Origin: Malacoraja senta
Taxonomy: Eukaryota
NCBI GenBank assembly: GCA_038087875.1
Contig: CM075998.1
Coordinates: forward strand, 5,148,001-5,212,000
Length of the DNA stretch: 64,000 nucleotides
Reading direction: 5' to 3'
Below the pieces are notes generated by a model. The model did not search any database, was not told where the DNA came from, and worked only from the letters and a program-made list of their open reading frames with translations. A program made the translations under genes and the position numbers. Shown here piece after piece: positions 36,885 to 51,272 of this stretch (positions are counted from its first letter, which is position 1; the number at the start of each line of letters is the position of its first letter).

Positions 36885-37468
36885 ACAAGGCACTGCCGAT
36901 GCTGGTTTATAACAAAGATGGACACAGCGTGCTGGAGTAACTCAGCGGGTCAGGCAGCATCTGTGGAGAACATGGATAGGTGACGTTTCACAGAGTGCTG
37001 GAGTAACTCAGCGGGTCAGGCAGCATCTGTGGAGCGAAGGAAATGGGCAACCTTTCGGGCCGAAACCCTGAAGGAAATAGGCAAAGTTTCGGGCCGAAAC
37101 CCGGAAGGGTTTCGGGCCGAAACGTTGCCTATTTCCTTCGCTCCATAGATGCTGCCGGAACATGGATAGGTGACGTTTCCCAGAGTGCTGGAGTAACTCA
37201 GCGGGTCAGGCAGCATCTGTGGAGAACATGGATAGGTGACGTTTCCCAGAGTGCTGGAGTAACTCAGCGGGTCAGGCAGCATCTGTGGAGAACATGGATA
37301 GGTGACGTTTCACAGAGTGCTGGAGTAACTCAGCGGGTCAGGCAGCATCTGTGGAGAACATGGATAGGTGACGTTTCACAGAGTGCTGGAGTAACTCAGC
37401 GGGTCAGGCAGCATCTGTGGAGAACATGGATAGGTGACGTTTCGGGACGGGGCCCTTCTTCAGACTGA
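36885..37468 (-). repeat. 66-bp Penelope-terminus array (inverted relative to the 6.6-kb array) with an embedded palindromic 34-bp-type module
   Basis: Same unit as 6560-7075. Palindromic module at about 37030-37155. Complete hammerhead core at 37435-37464 on the minus strand. Confidence 0.85.
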
Positions 37469-37981
37469 TTCTCCTGCTCGACTTGAATCCGTGTCCTTGC
37501 ATTTCTGATTGTTGGAAATGTTTCTCTGATTCAATCCACATCACGATTTTACGTTTACTTCTACTTGGCCGCCGTGCCTCCGAGAATATTGCACGCGGTT
37601 CTGTACGTCCCTTTGCAGGAAGGAACGTGGAGGCTTTGGAGAAGGGGATCACCAGAACGCTGCCTGGGTTAGTGGGTATTGGCTGCAAGGACAGGTTGGA
37701 CAGACTTGGATTGGATTCTCTGGAGCCTTGGAGGCCGAGGGCCAATTGAGAGACGTCGATAAGGTGGACAGTCATGGGGTGGTGGTGGAGGCAGATACAG
37801 GAGGCTTTTAGATAGGCACGTGGATATGCAGGGAATGGAAGGGTATTGATCTCGTGCTTGTTTAGCTTGGCACCAGGAATTGCGGTTCCTTTATCACGTG
37901 TAATGTTCCTGGGATAGGCAGCAAGATGTCTCTATCTTGTACTTCAATCTGTCCATCAGCCTGACCCTCTAATCCTTGTAC

Positions 37982-38665
37982 ATCAGTAAGCATGCAGGTA
38001 GAGCAAGCAGTGAAGAAAGCCAATGGCATGTTGGCCTTCATAACAAGAGGAGTTGAGTATAGGAGAAAAGAGGTCCTTCTGCAGTTGTATAGGGCCCTAG
38101 TGAGACCACATCTGGAGTATTGTGTACAGTTTTGATCTCCAATTTTGAGGAAGGACATTCTTGTTATTGAGGGAGTGCAGCGTAGGTTTACAAGGTTAAT
38201 TCCCAGGATGGCGGGACTGTCATATGCTGAGAGAATGGAGCGGCTGGGCTTGTACACTTTGGAATTTAGAAGGATGAGAGGGTATTTTATTGAAACACAT
38301 AAGATTATTAAGGGTTTGGACACGCTAGAGGCAGGAAGCATGTTCCCGATGTTGGGGAAGTCCAGAACCAGGGGCCGCAGTTTAAGAATAAGGAGTAAGC
38401 CATTTAGAACGGAGACGAGGAAACACTTTTTCTCACAGAGAGTTGTGAGTCTGTGGAATTCTCTGCCTCAGAGGGCGGTGGAGGCCGGTTCTCTGGATAC
38501 TTTCAAAAGAGAGCTAGATAGGGCTCTTAAAGATAGCGGAGTCAGGGGATATGGGAAGAAGGCAGGAACGGGGTACTGATTGGGGATGTTGAGCCATGAT
38601 CACATTGAATGGCAGTGCTGGCTCGAAGGGCCGAATGGCCGACTCCTGCACCTATTGTCTATTGT
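37982..38665 (+). mobile_element. CR1 3' fragment
   Basis: ORF 38145-38579 (ORF2 C-terminus) and (CTATTGT)n tail. Confidence 0.9.
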
Positions 38666-39663
38666 CCTCTTGTAATGAAGACCAATGATAAATTCGACAC
38701 ACACAGTCTGAAGATGGGTCTTGACCCAAAACGTCACCTATTCCTTCTCCCCATAGATGCTGCCTCACCCGCAGAGCATTTTTTGTCTACCTTCAGTGTT
38801 TTTTAGTTCAGTTCAGTTTGGAGATACAGAGCGGAGATACAGGCCCTTTGGCCCACCGAGTCTGCACCGCCCAGCGATCCCCACACACTAACACTATCTT
38901 ACACACACGCGGGACAATTTTTACATTACACCAAGCCAGTTAACCTGCAAACCTGTACGTCTTTGGAGTGTGGGAGGAAACCGAAGATCTCGGAGAAAAC
39001 CCATGGGGAGAACGTGCAAACTGCGTACGGACAGAACCCGTGGTCAGGATTGAACCCTGACAGTGAGGCAGCCTCCGTGCTGGTCCTATTTGTGTGTAAG
39101 CGTTTGTGTAACAGAGATGGTGTGGGCTGAAGGGACTGTTTCCATGCTGTATCTCTGACCCAATTCTATGTACCTACTGAAGTGGACAACGTCATGCGAC
39201 CACGTTCTATTCCATCTACTGTGTATTTATTTGCCCGTGCACTTGCGCAGTCTATATTGCCTGCGGTATCCTTGTGTTCCCCTCACACAGCTGACTGCTA
39301 CCGAGCTTTGTATCATCAGCAAAGTTAAATACAGTTGATCCCTCCCCCCCCCCATCCAAATCATTGACCTGGATTAGACACAGCTGGGGAACAGTACAGT
39401 GCGCTCTCCGTTTGTTCCACCATCTCTTGCACGGCATGTTGTCTGTACGGTGGCGCAGCGGTAGAGTTGCTGCTTCACAGCACCACAGACCCGGTTTCAA
39501 TCCTGACAACGGATGCTGTCTGTACGGAATTTGTACCTTCTCCCCGTGACCCACGTGGGTTTTCTCCGGGTGCTCCGGTTTCCTCCCACACTCCAAAGAC
39601 GTTCAGATTTGTAGGTTAATTGGCTTCAGTAAAATTGTAAAATGTCCCTAGATGTATAGGTGT

Positions 39664-40198
39664 ACATAGAAACATAGAAACATAGAAATTAGGTGCAGGA
39701 GTAGGCCATTCGGCCCTTCGAGCCTGCACCGCCATTCAATATGATCATGGCTGATCATCCAACTCAGTATCCCGTACCTGCCTTCTCTCCATACCCTCTG
39801 ATCCCTTTAGCCACAAGGGCCACATCTAACTCCCTCTTAAATATAGCCAATGAACTGGCCTCGACTACCCTCTGTGGCAGAGAGTTCCAGAGATTCACCA
39901 CTCTCTGTGTGAAAAAAGTTCTTCTCATCTCGGTTTTAAAGGATTTCCCCCTTATCCTTAAGCTGTGACCCCTTGTCCTGGACTTCCCCAACATCGGGAG
40001 CAATCTTCCTGCATCTAGCCTGTCCAACCCCTTAAGAATTTTGTACGTTTCTATAAGATCCCCTCTCAATCTCCTAAATTCTAGAGAGTATAAACCAAGT
40101 CTATCCAGTCTTTCTTCATAAGACAGTCCTGACATCCCAGGAATCAGTCTGGTGAACCTTCTCTGCACTCCCTCTATGGCAATAATGTCCTTCCTCAG
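39664..40198 (-). mobile_element. Young CR1 3' fragment nested in a SINE
   Basis: ORF 39764-40276, (TTTCTATG)n tail; SINE halves at 39448-39663 and 40199-40270. Confidence 0.9.
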
Positions 40199-41525
40199 AG
40201 GTGATCGCTGGTCTGTATGGACTCGGTGGGCCAAAGGGCCTGTTTCTGCGCTGTATCTCCAAACTAAATTAAACAAACTACCTTCAGGATGTTCAAATGC
40301 ACCACGTCGACTGTTTTGCCATTATCAGTTCTTATAGTTACAACATCAAAAAAATAGATGCTGAATATTAATAACAAGGGACTACAGATGCTTGTTTACC
40401 AAAGATAGACACAAAATGGCGGTGTAGCTCAGCGGGTCAGGTAGCATCTCTGGAGAACGTGGACGGGTTCCATTTTGTCCAGAGATACTGCATGACCTGC
40501 TGAGTTACTCAAGTATTTTATGTCTTTGGTGAACACTCCAACTTTCGACCACATCCCAAACACGTGGTGGTAGCTGAAGTAGGCATGTGATGGAGAACAA
40601 GAGGGAAAGGAGAAAGAGGGGGAATGGGAATGAGAGGGATGGTCGTGTTGGAAACCAGTATGAACTCGATGGGCTGAATGGCCTCGGAGTTGTGATAAGT
40701 AGCACCGTTGGTGGTCCTGAAAACAGAAATAGCTGAAGTTAAGGTGGTGACACAAGAAACTGCAGATGCTGGAACCTCAAGTAAATAACCAAGTGCTGGA
40801 GGTACTCAGCAAGTCAGGCAGCATCCGTGGGGGTGAATGGACAGACGACGCTTTGAGTCAAGACCCTTCTTCAATCTGTAGACACAAGGATTCACAGATG
40901 CTGGTTTATCCAAAAAAAAAGACACAAAGTGCTGGAGTAACCGAACAGGTCAGGGAGAAGATGGATGTTTCATGTTCAATCTTCAATCCAGTAGGATACT
41001 TGGCACCACTATGTTGTATTTCAAGCCACTATATACAAATGTCATGAGTGATAGGAGTAGAATGAAACCTCCTCTGGACCCTCTCCAACGCCAGCACATC
41101 CTTCCTCAGATTATGGGGCCCAAAACTTGCATAATTGTGTCACCGTTGCCTCAACTTTGCCAAAGTCAAAATCCAGAAAGCGCCTAAATGTTATTGAGAG
41201 CTCAATGTATTAATGAGAGCTCTGAATTATTGCTTAGTCCCAGCATCTGCAGTCTCTAATGTGACTTGTGCGTCGTTTAGAAATCCATCTCTTGCTGGCG
41301 GTGAGGGTGCGCCTGGCTCTGACCCTGAGATTTATTCTAACCTACTGCTGTTGTCCAATGTTGTTGACTTCGGGTGGATTTCTAGGCATTGACTTGAGAG
41401 GTACAGCGTGGAAACGGGCCCTTCGGCCTGCCGAGTCCCCGCTGACCAGCAAACACCCCACACACTATCCTACACACACTAGGGATCATTTACAATGTAC
41501 AGAAGCCAATTAACCTACAAACCTG

Positions 41526-42143
41526 AGTATGGGAGCAAAGAGGTCCTTCTACAGTTGTACAGGGCCCTGGTGAGACCACACCTGGAGTATTGTGTACAGT
41601 TTTGGTCTCCTAATTTGAGGAAGGACATCCTTGCTATTGAGGCAGTGCAGCGTAGGTTCACGAGATTGATCCCTGGGATGGCGGGACTGTCATATGAGGA
41701 AAGATTGGAAAGACTAGGCTTGTATTCACTGGAGTTTAGAAGGATGAGGGGGGATCTTATAGAAACATATAAAATTATAAAAGGACTGCACAAGCTAGAT
41801 GCAGGAAAAATGTTCCCAATGTTGGGCGAGTCCAGAACCAGGGGCCACAGTCTCAGAATAAAGGGGAGGCTATTTAAAACTGAGATGAGAAAAAAACCTT
41901 TTCACCCAGAGAGTTGTGAATTTGTGGAATTCTCTGCCACAGAAGGCAGTGGAGGCCAAATCACTGGATGGATTTAAGAGAGAGTTAGATAGAGCTCTTA
42001 GGGCTGGGGGAACCAAGGGATATGGGGAGAAGGCAGGCACGGGTTACTGATTGTGGATGATCAGCCATGATCACAATGAATGGCAGTGCTGGCTCGAAGG
42101 GCCAAATGGCCTCCTCCTGCACCTATTTTCTATGTTTCTATGT
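41526..42143 (+). mobile_element. CR1 3' fragment nested in a minus-strand SINE, 7-bp target-site duplication
   Basis: AAACCTG at 41519-41525 and 42144-42150; ORF 41495-41977. Confidence 0.9.
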
Positions 42144-42734
42144 AAACCTGTACGTCTTTGGAGTGTGGGAGGAAACCGGAGCACCCGGAGAAACCCCACG
42201 CAGGTCACGGGGAGAAGGTACAAACTCTGTACAGACAGCACCCGTAGTCGGGATTGAACCCCGGTCTCTGGCGCTGTGAGGCAGCAACTCTACCGCTGCG
42301 CCACTGTGGTGGTAATGGCAAGGGGTTCCAATGGTGCAAGCAGAATCGGAGAGAAATAAGTGAATAAGTAATATGTCAGGTCTAACCCTCCAGTTCTGTT
42401 AAGATCCGTGTAATGTCCACCTTAAAGCAGTTAATATTGATGCAACTAAATATGATGTATAAAATCATAAGAGGAATAGATCGGGTAGATGCAGAGTCAC
42501 CTAGGATCTCTTGGTGAATCGAAGACTAGAGGACATAGATTTAAGGTGAAGGGGGAAAGATTTAATAGCAATCTGAGGGGTAACTTTTTCACACAAAGGG
42601 TGGTGGGTGTATGGAACGAGCTGCCAGAGGAGGTAGTTGAGGCTGGGACTATCCCAACGTTTAAGAAACAGTTAGACAGGTACATGGATAGGACAGGTTT
42701 GGAGGGATATGGACCAAACGCGGGCAGGTGGGAC

Positions 42735-43047
42735 TAGTGTAGCTGGGACATGTTGGCCGGTGTGGGCAAGTTGGGCCAAAGGGCCTGTTTCCACGCTGTA
42801 TCACTCTGTGAGTAGTGTAGCTGGGACATGTTGGCCGGTGTGGGCAAGTTGGGCCAAAGGGCCTGTTTCCACCCTGTATCACTCTGTGACTAGTGTAGCT
42901 GGGACATGTTGGCCGGTGTGGGCAAGTTGGGCCGAAGGGCCTGTTTCCACCCTGTATCACTCTGTGACTAGTGTAGATGGGACATGTTGGCCGGTGTGGG
43001 CAAGTTGGGCCAAAGGGCCTGTTTCCACCCTGTATCACTCTGTGACT
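42735..43047 (+). repeat. 4 x 78-bp tandem copies of a CR1 3' terminus
   Basis: Units start at 42735, 42813, 42891 and 42969; a similar array lies at about 53661-53966. Confidence 0.9.
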
Positions 43048-46000
43048 CTTTAATGAAACGGCATATATTTTCAATCTTGCATCGCCATGTGCACTGTAGA
43101 ATGGGCGTAGCTTCCCGAGAAAACTAATATTGATCCAGGTTAGCGGGACTCGCTCGTACCAATTAAGTTAAATAATAGAGTAAGTAATGCTACCAAAGAG
43201 CAGATAGACACAAAAAGCTGGAGTATCTCAGCAGGACAGGCAGCATCACTGGAGAGAAGGAATAGGTGATGTTTTGGGTCGAGACCCTTCTACAGACTGG
43301 ACCAGTCTGCAGAAGAGTCTCGACCTGAAACGTCACCCATTCCTTCTCTCCAGTGATGCTGCCTGTCCCGCTGAGTTACTCCAGCTTTTTGTGTCGATCT
43401 TTGGTGAGAGGGAAGGCGGGCCATTATGGCCGTTACCCCAATATCTGTTTTGTGACTTGCATCACTTAGAGAGTGATGGGACATCTTACATTTTCGGTTG
43501 GTCAAAGAGCAACCCTGTGGATTTATTCAGGATATGTTTCACAAGGCTGATTTTGGAAGCGTTTTTTTTGTAGAGTTTTTTTTTTTGAAGGGGGGCATGT
43601 TGGCACAGCGGTAGAGTTGCTGCCTCACAGTGCCGGAGACCCGGGTTCCATCCCGACTACGGGTGCCGTCTGTACGGAGTTTGTACCTTCTCCCCGTGGG
43701 TTTTCTCCAAAGACGTACAGGCTTGTAGATTAATTGGCTTTGGTATAAATTGTAAATTGTCCCTGGTGTGTGTAGGACAGTGTTAGCGGGCGGCGATGCT
43801 GGTCGGTGCGGACTCGGTGGGCCGAAGGGCCTGTTTCTGCGCTGTATCTCTAAACTAAACGAAAGTTCACTGCATTTGTGATCGGGACTGTGGGTGTGGA
43901 TGTTTTAGGAAATTCCCCATTAAAGACCTATCTCAATCTGAAGCTTGGGGGATTGAAGGCAAATCTTTGGCATGAGCAGGTAGCTGGCTGAGGGATGGGA
44001 GCAGCAAGGAGTGACCAGAGGGCTAAGATGGACAACATTGTAGGTAGTGTGGGTAGATGCATAACATTGCAGAGGACAGTGCAAAAATGAGCAAGATTAT
44101 GGTCAATGGATTTCGATGCAATCTGATGGAAGGTCATTCCTGTTTGAGGCTGAAAGATGTAGAAGCAAATAGTTTCACCGTGAGGGGAACAAAGGGATAC
44201 TGGTGATCCAGAGACAATTCAGCTCTTGTGTACGTCATCAAAATGTCATCAAAATGTTGCACAGAAAGTGGTCAAGATGGGGACTTTGTAAACAACACCT
44301 GGCCATGTACTTGGAAAGGACAGATTTATAGACAATAGGTGCAGGAGGAGGCCCTTCGAGCCAGCACCGCCATTCAATGTGATCATGGCTGATCATCCCC
44401 AATCAGTACCCCGTTCCTGCCTTCTCCCCATATCCCCTGACTCCGCTATCTTTAAGAGCCCTATCGAGCTCTCTCTTGAAAGCATCCAGAGAACCTGCCT
44501 CCACCGCCCTCTGAGGCAGAGAATTCCACAGTTTTCAGGGATATGGGCCAAATGGAGGCAGGTGAGACTGGTGAAGATGGGGCATCTTGGTAGGCATGGA
44601 CAAGTTAGGCCGAAGGGCCTGTTTCCGTGCTGTACGACTCTGAGTTTAAATATTCTAAAGGGTCAATTGGTTGTGGTATTTGGAGTCGGGGCTGATATGC
44701 AAAAGGGATGGCAGTTATGTTTTTGGCTGTAACTGCCACCTGGTTCATCTGCTGGATCAATACTAAGCACTAGATGGACACAAAAAGCTGGGGAAACTCA
44801 GCGGGACAGGCAGCATCTCTGGAGGAATGGGTGACGTTTCAGGTCGATACCCTTCTTCAGACTGTAAGCATTTCCGTGCACTACAGGGCAGCACGGTGGC
44901 GCAGCGGTAGAGTTGCTGCCTCACCGCGCCAGAGACCCAGGTTCCATCCTGACTACGGGCGCTGTCTGTGCGGAGTTTGTACGTTCTCCCCGTGACCTGC
45001 GTGGGTTTTCTCCGGGTGCTCCGGTTTCCTCCCACACTCTAAAGGCGCACAAGTTTGTAGGTTATTTGGCTTTGCTAAAATGGTAAATTGTCCCCAGTGT
45101 GTGTTGGATAGTGTTAGTGTGTTGGGATCGCTAGTTGGTCAGCGTAGACTCGGTGGGCCGAAGGACCTGTTACGGCGCCGTTTCTGTAAACAAAACTAAG
45201 CTAAGCTAAACCCCACCATAGGCACTGATATACTGGCCTGAGAAGATGAATGATAGGTTTGCCAGAATGATTCCTGGACTCAAAGTTGAATTCCAAATGG
45301 AGAGTACGCAATGTTGCATTGTGTTCCCTGATTTTTGTTTTTCACCTTCCTGTTTGTGACGGTTGTACCATTATGGTGGGTCTTGATAAATTGAACGGAG
45401 AGAAACTATTTGCACCCAGCTAACAAGACCAAGATCAAAGCACCACCTAAAGAGCCTTTCACCAGTGCAGTTAGGAACGAGTTCTAACGATAGGCCGGCA
45501 CGGTGGCGCAGCGGTAAAGTTGCAGCCTCACAGCGTCAGAGTCCTGGGTTCGATCCTGACCACGGGTGCTGTCTGTACGGAGTTTGTTCCTTCCCCCCCC
45601 GTGTCCTGTGTGGGTTTTCACCGGGTGCTCTGGTTACCTCCCACACTCCAAAGACGTGCAGGTTTGTAGGTTAATTAGCCTGGTATGGATGTAGAATTGT
45701 CCCGAGTGTGTGTTAGTGTGCGGGCATCGCTGGTCGGCGCGGACGCAGGCCGAAGGGCCTGTTTCCGCACACTATCTGTAAACTAAACTAGGTGGTAGTG
45801 ACTTGGAACTCCCTTCTGCTGATTTTCGATGATGTTCATAAATTCTTGGAGCCATTCGGCCCATCAAGGGTTTGTAGGTTAATTGGCTTGGTATAAATGT
45901 AAGTTGTCCCTCGTGTGTGTAGGGTAGTGTGTAGTGTGTGTAGGGTAGTGTTAATGTGCGGGGATCACTGGTCGGTGCAGACTCGGGTCGATAGGCCTGT

Positions 46001-48325
46001 TTCCGCGCTGTATCTCTGGACTAAAAGTCTACCCAGCCATTCAATCATGGCTGATCTATCTCTCTCTCCCAACCCCACTCTCCTGCCTTCTCCCCATAAC
46101 CCCTGACACCCGTACTAACCAAGTATCTATCAATCACCACCTTGAAAATATCCATTGACTTGGCCTCCATAGCTGTCTGTGGCAAAGAATTCCACAGATT
46201 CACCACCCTCTGGCTAAAGAAATTCCTCCTCATCTCCTTCCTAAAGGGACATCATTTAATTCTGAGGCTGTGCCCTCTGGTCCTAGACTCTCCCACTAGT
46301 GGAAACATCCTCTCCACATCCACTCTATCCAGGCCTTTCACTATTCCTATTCCTAAACCTGTCCTATTCATCTAGAATGTAAAAGGATGAGGGGGGGACC
46401 TCATTGAAACCTACTGAATAGTGTGGAATTCTTGCCACAGAACGCTGTGGACGCCAAGTCAATGGATATTGTCAAGGCGGAGATCGTCAGATTCTTGATT
46501 AGTGCCGGTGTCGGGGATTATGGGGAGAAGGCAGGAGAATGGGGTTGAGAGGGGGAGATAGATCAGCCATGATTGAATGGCGGAGTAGACTTGATGGGCC
46601 GAATGGCCAAATTCTGCTCCTAGAACTTGTGACAGTTGACTGAGCTTTTGTTTGGTCCTTGTATGACTTTTTCCAATTATATCCTTCAACTGTAGTCAAC
46701 TGTGATACATTCTGAAAAATACCAAGATACTTTTGAGGTGCCATGCTGTGCATCAACTATGCCAAAACCCTCTTCCCATATCATCCCCCCCCACTCAAAA
46801 AAAAAAATCTGATTACACACTGGTATAATCACTTTTGTGATGTCGAGCTAAAGTGACGAAGTTGAACGTTACAAGAGGTTTATGTTCATTTGTGTTCCCG
46901 TGGTACAGTCAAAAGCTTTGTTTTCGTATAGAAACATATAAAATTCTTCAGGGATTTGGACAGGCTAGATGCAGGAAAAAAGTCCAGAACCAGGGGCCAC
47001 AGTTTAAGAATAAGGGGTCGGCCATTTTGGACTGAGATGAGGAAAAACTTCTTCACCCAGAGAGTTGTGAATCTGTGGAATTCTCTGCCACAGAAGGCAG
47101 TGGAGGCCAATTCACTGGATGTTTTCAAGAGAGAGTTAGATTTAGCTCTTAGGGCTAACGGAATCAGGGGATATGGGGAGAAAGCAGGAACGGGGTAGTG
47201 ATTTCAGATGATCAGCCATGATCATATTGAATGGCGGTGCTGGCTCGAAGGGCCGAATGGCCTACTCCTGCACCTATTTTCTATGTTTGCATGCTATCCA
47301 GTCAGATCAGATGTGCCATGCAGAGATAGTCGAGTCAAGAGAGTTTTATTGTTGTGTGTCCCAGATAGGACAATGAAATTCTTGCTTGCTGCAGCACAAC
47401 AGAATATGTAAACATCATACAGAACAGGAGATCAAAGTTCAGTGTGTCTATATACCATAGACCATATATATATACAATAAATAAACAGATAAAGTGCAAT
47501 AGTAATAATAGGCTGTTATTGTTCAGAGTTTGTTTGAGTTGAGTTTAATAGCCTGATGGCTGTGGGGAAGTAGCTATTCCTGAACCTGGATGTTCCAGAT
47601 TTCAGGCTCCTGTACCTTCTTCCTGATGGCAACGGAGAGATGAGTGTGTGGCCAGGATGGTGTGGGTCCTTGATGATGCTGCCAGCCTTTTTGAGGCAGC
47701 GACTGCGATAGATCCCTTCGATGGTGGGGAGGTCAGAGCCGATGATGGACTGGGCAGTGGTCACAACTTTCTGCATTCTTTTCCACTCCTGGACGTTCAA
47801 GTTGCCGAACCAACTCACGATGCAACCGGTCAGCATGCTCTCTACTGTGCACCTGTAGAAGTTCGAGAGAGCCCTCCTTGACATACCGACTCTCTGTAAT
47901 CTTCTCAGGAAGTAGAGGCGCTGATGTGCCTTCTTTATAATTGCATCAATGTGCTGGGACCAGGAAAGATCTTTGGAAATATGCACGCCCAGGAATTTGA
48001 AGTTCTTGACCCTTTCCACCATTGATATAAACGGGATTGTGGGTCCCTATCCTACCCCTTCCAAAGTCCACAATCAATTCCTTGGTTTTGCTGGTGTTGA
48101 GGGCCAGGTTATTGTGCTGGCACCATTTGGTCAATCGGTCGATCTCTCTTCTATACTCTGACTCATCCCCATCAGTGATACGTCCCACAACAGTGGTGTC
48201 GTCGGCGAACTTGATGATGGAGTTCGCACTATGACCATATAACCATATAACCATAACAGCACGGAAACAGGCCATCTCGGCCCTTCAAGTCCGTGCCGAA
48301 CACTTTTTTTTATTTTTACTTCCCC

Positions 48326-51267
48326 CTAGTCCCATCTACCTGCACTCAGACCATAACCCTCCATTCCTTTCCCGTCCATATACCCATCCAATCTATTTTT
48401 AAAGGATAAAATCGAACCAGCCTCCACCACTTCCACTGGAAGCTCATTCCACACAGCTACCACTCTCTGAGTAAAGAAGTTCCCCCTAATGTTCCCCCTA
48501 AACTTCTGTCCCTTAATTCTCAAGTCATGTCCCCTTGTTTGAATCTTCCCTACTCTCAATGGGAAAAGCTTATCCATGTCAACTCTGTCTAACCCGCTCA
48601 TAATTTTAAAGACCTCTATCAAGTCCCCTCTTAACCTTCTGCGCTCCAAAGAATAAAGACCTAACTTGTTCAACCTTTCTCTGTAACTTAGTTGCTGAAA
48701 CCCAGGCAACATTCTAGTAAATCTCCTCTGTACTCTCTCTATTTTGTTGACATCCTTCCTATAATTAGGCGACCAAAATTGTACTCCATACTCCAGAATT
48801 GGCCTCACCAATGCCTTGTACAATTTTAACATTACATCCCAACTTCTATATTCAATGCTCTGATTTATAAAGGCCAGCACACCAAAAGCTTTCTTTACCA
48901 CCCTATCTACATGAGATTCCACCTTCAGGGAACTATGCACAGTTATTCCTAGATCCCTCTGTTCAACTGCATTCCTCAATTCGCTACCATTTACCATGTA
49001 CGTCCTATTTTGATTTGTCCTGCCGAGATGTAGCACCTCACATTTGTCAGCATTAAACTCCATCTGCCATCTTTCAGCCCACTCTTCCAAATGGCCTAAA
49101 TCTCTCTGTAGACTTTGAAAATCTACTTCATTATCCACAGCCCCACCTATCTTAGTATCATCAGCATACTTACTAATCCAATTTTCCACACCATCATCCA
49201 GATCATTGATGTACATGACAAACAACAGTGGACCCAACACAGACCCCTGAGGCACCCCACTAGTCACCGGCCTCCAACCTGACAAACAGCCATCCACCAT
49301 TACTCTCTGGCATCTCCCATTCAGCCACTGTTGAATCCATCTTGCTACTCCACCATTAATACCCAACAATTCAATCTTATTAACCAACCTTCCATGAGGA
49401 ACCTTGTCAAAGGCCTTACTGAAGTCCATATAGACAACATCCACTGCTTTACCCTCATCAATTTCCCTAGTAACCTCTTCGAAAAATTCAAGAAGATTAG
49501 TCAAGCATGACCTTCCAGGCACAAATCCATGTTGACTGTTCCTAATCAGACCCTGCTTATCCAGATGCTTATATATATTATCTTTAAGTATCCTTTCCAT
49601 TAATTTGCCCACCACTGACGTCAAACTAACAGGTCTATAATTGCTAGGTTTACTCTTAGAACCCTTTTTAAACAACGGAACAACATGCGCAGTACGCCAA
49701 TCCTCCGGCACTATTCCCGTTTCTAATGACATTTGAAATATTTCTGTCATAGCCCCTGCTATTTCTACACTAGCTTCCCTCAATGTCCTAGGGAATATCC
49801 TGTCAGGACCTGGAGACTTATCCGTTTTCATATTTTTCAAAAGTGTCCGCACCTCCTCTTCTTTGAATCTCATAGTTTCCATTGCTACTCTGCTTGTTTC
49901 CCTTACCTCACATAATTCCATATCCTTCTCCTTGGTGAATACCGAAGAAAAGAAATTGTTCAATATCTCCCCCATCTCTTTTGGCTCTGCAGATAGCTGT
50001 CCACTCTGACTCTCTAATGGACCAATTTTATTCCTTGTTATCCTTTTGCTATTAATATAGCTGTAGAAACCCTTTGGATTTACTTTCACCTTACTTGCCA
50101 AAGCAACCTCATATCTTCTTTTAGCTTTTCTAATTTCTTTCTTAATATTCTTTTTACATTCTTTATACTCCTCAAGCACCTCATTTACTCCATGCTGCCT
50201 ATAATTATTGTAGATCTCTCTCTTTTTCCGAACCGTGTCCAATTTCCCTTGAAAACCATGGCTCTTTCCAATTTTTACTATTTTCTTTCAACCGAACAGG
50301 GACATAAAGATTCTGTATTCTTAAAATTTCACCCTTAAATGTCCTCCATTTCTCTTCTACATCCTTCCCATAAAACAACATGTCCCAATTCACTCCTTTT
50401 AAATCCTTTCGCATCTCCTCAAAGTTAGCATTTCTCCAATCAAAAATCTCAACCCTAGGTCCAGTTCTGACCCTCTCCATAATTATATTGAAACTAATGG
50501 TATTGTGATCACTGGACCCGAAGTGCTCCCCAACGCATACCTCCGCCACCTGCCCTGTCTCATTTCCTAACAGGAGGTCCAGCACTGCCCCTTCTCTAGT
50601 AGGTACCTCTATGTATTGCTGCAAAAAACTATCCTGCACACATTTTACAAACTCCAAACCATCCAGCCCTTTTACAGAATGTGTTTCCCAGTCTATGTGT
50701 GGAAAATTGAAATCTCCCACAATCACTGCCTTGTGCTTACTACTAATATTTGCTGTCTCCTTACATATTTGCTCTTCCAATTCTCGCTCCCCATTTGGCG
50801 GTCTATAATACACCCCTATAAGTGTTGCTACACCTTTCCCATTTCTCAGCTCCACCCAAATAGCCTCCCTAGACGAGCCCTCTAATCTATCCTGCCAAAG
50901 CACTGCTGTAATATCTTCCTTGACAAGCAATGCAACACCCCCCACCTCTTGCCCCTCCAATTCTATCACCCCTGAAGCAACGAAATCCTGGAATATTTAG
51001 TTTCCAATCACAGCCCTCCTGTAACCATGTTTCACTGATCACCACAACATCATACTTCCAGGTGTCAATCCAGGCTCTAAGCTCATCCACCTTTCTTACA
51101 ATGCTCCTAGCATTAATATATACACATTTAAGAAACCCACCACCACTTATTCTCTGTTTATTATATTTTTCTTTCTCCCCTACATTTTGGGTCTGAGTGC
51201 TTCCCTTCTCTGCCTCCTGCCTCCCACATTTTCTACTAGCTTTCTCTATTTGAGTCCCTCCCCCCAA
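48326..51267 (-). pseudogene. CR1 ORF2 (APE endonuclease and reverse transcriptase), two frameshifts
   Basis: Three overlapping ORFs: 50887-51267 (YINARSI, SETWL), 50205-50969 (YRPPN, GDFN, SDHN) and 48326-50242 (638 aa; PQGSVLGP, YADD). Confidence 0.92.
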
Positions 51268-51272
51268 TCGTT

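Noticed and set aside
46679..46686. Additional ATATCCTT U12-like motif
   Set aside because: No exon upstream; compatible with chance.
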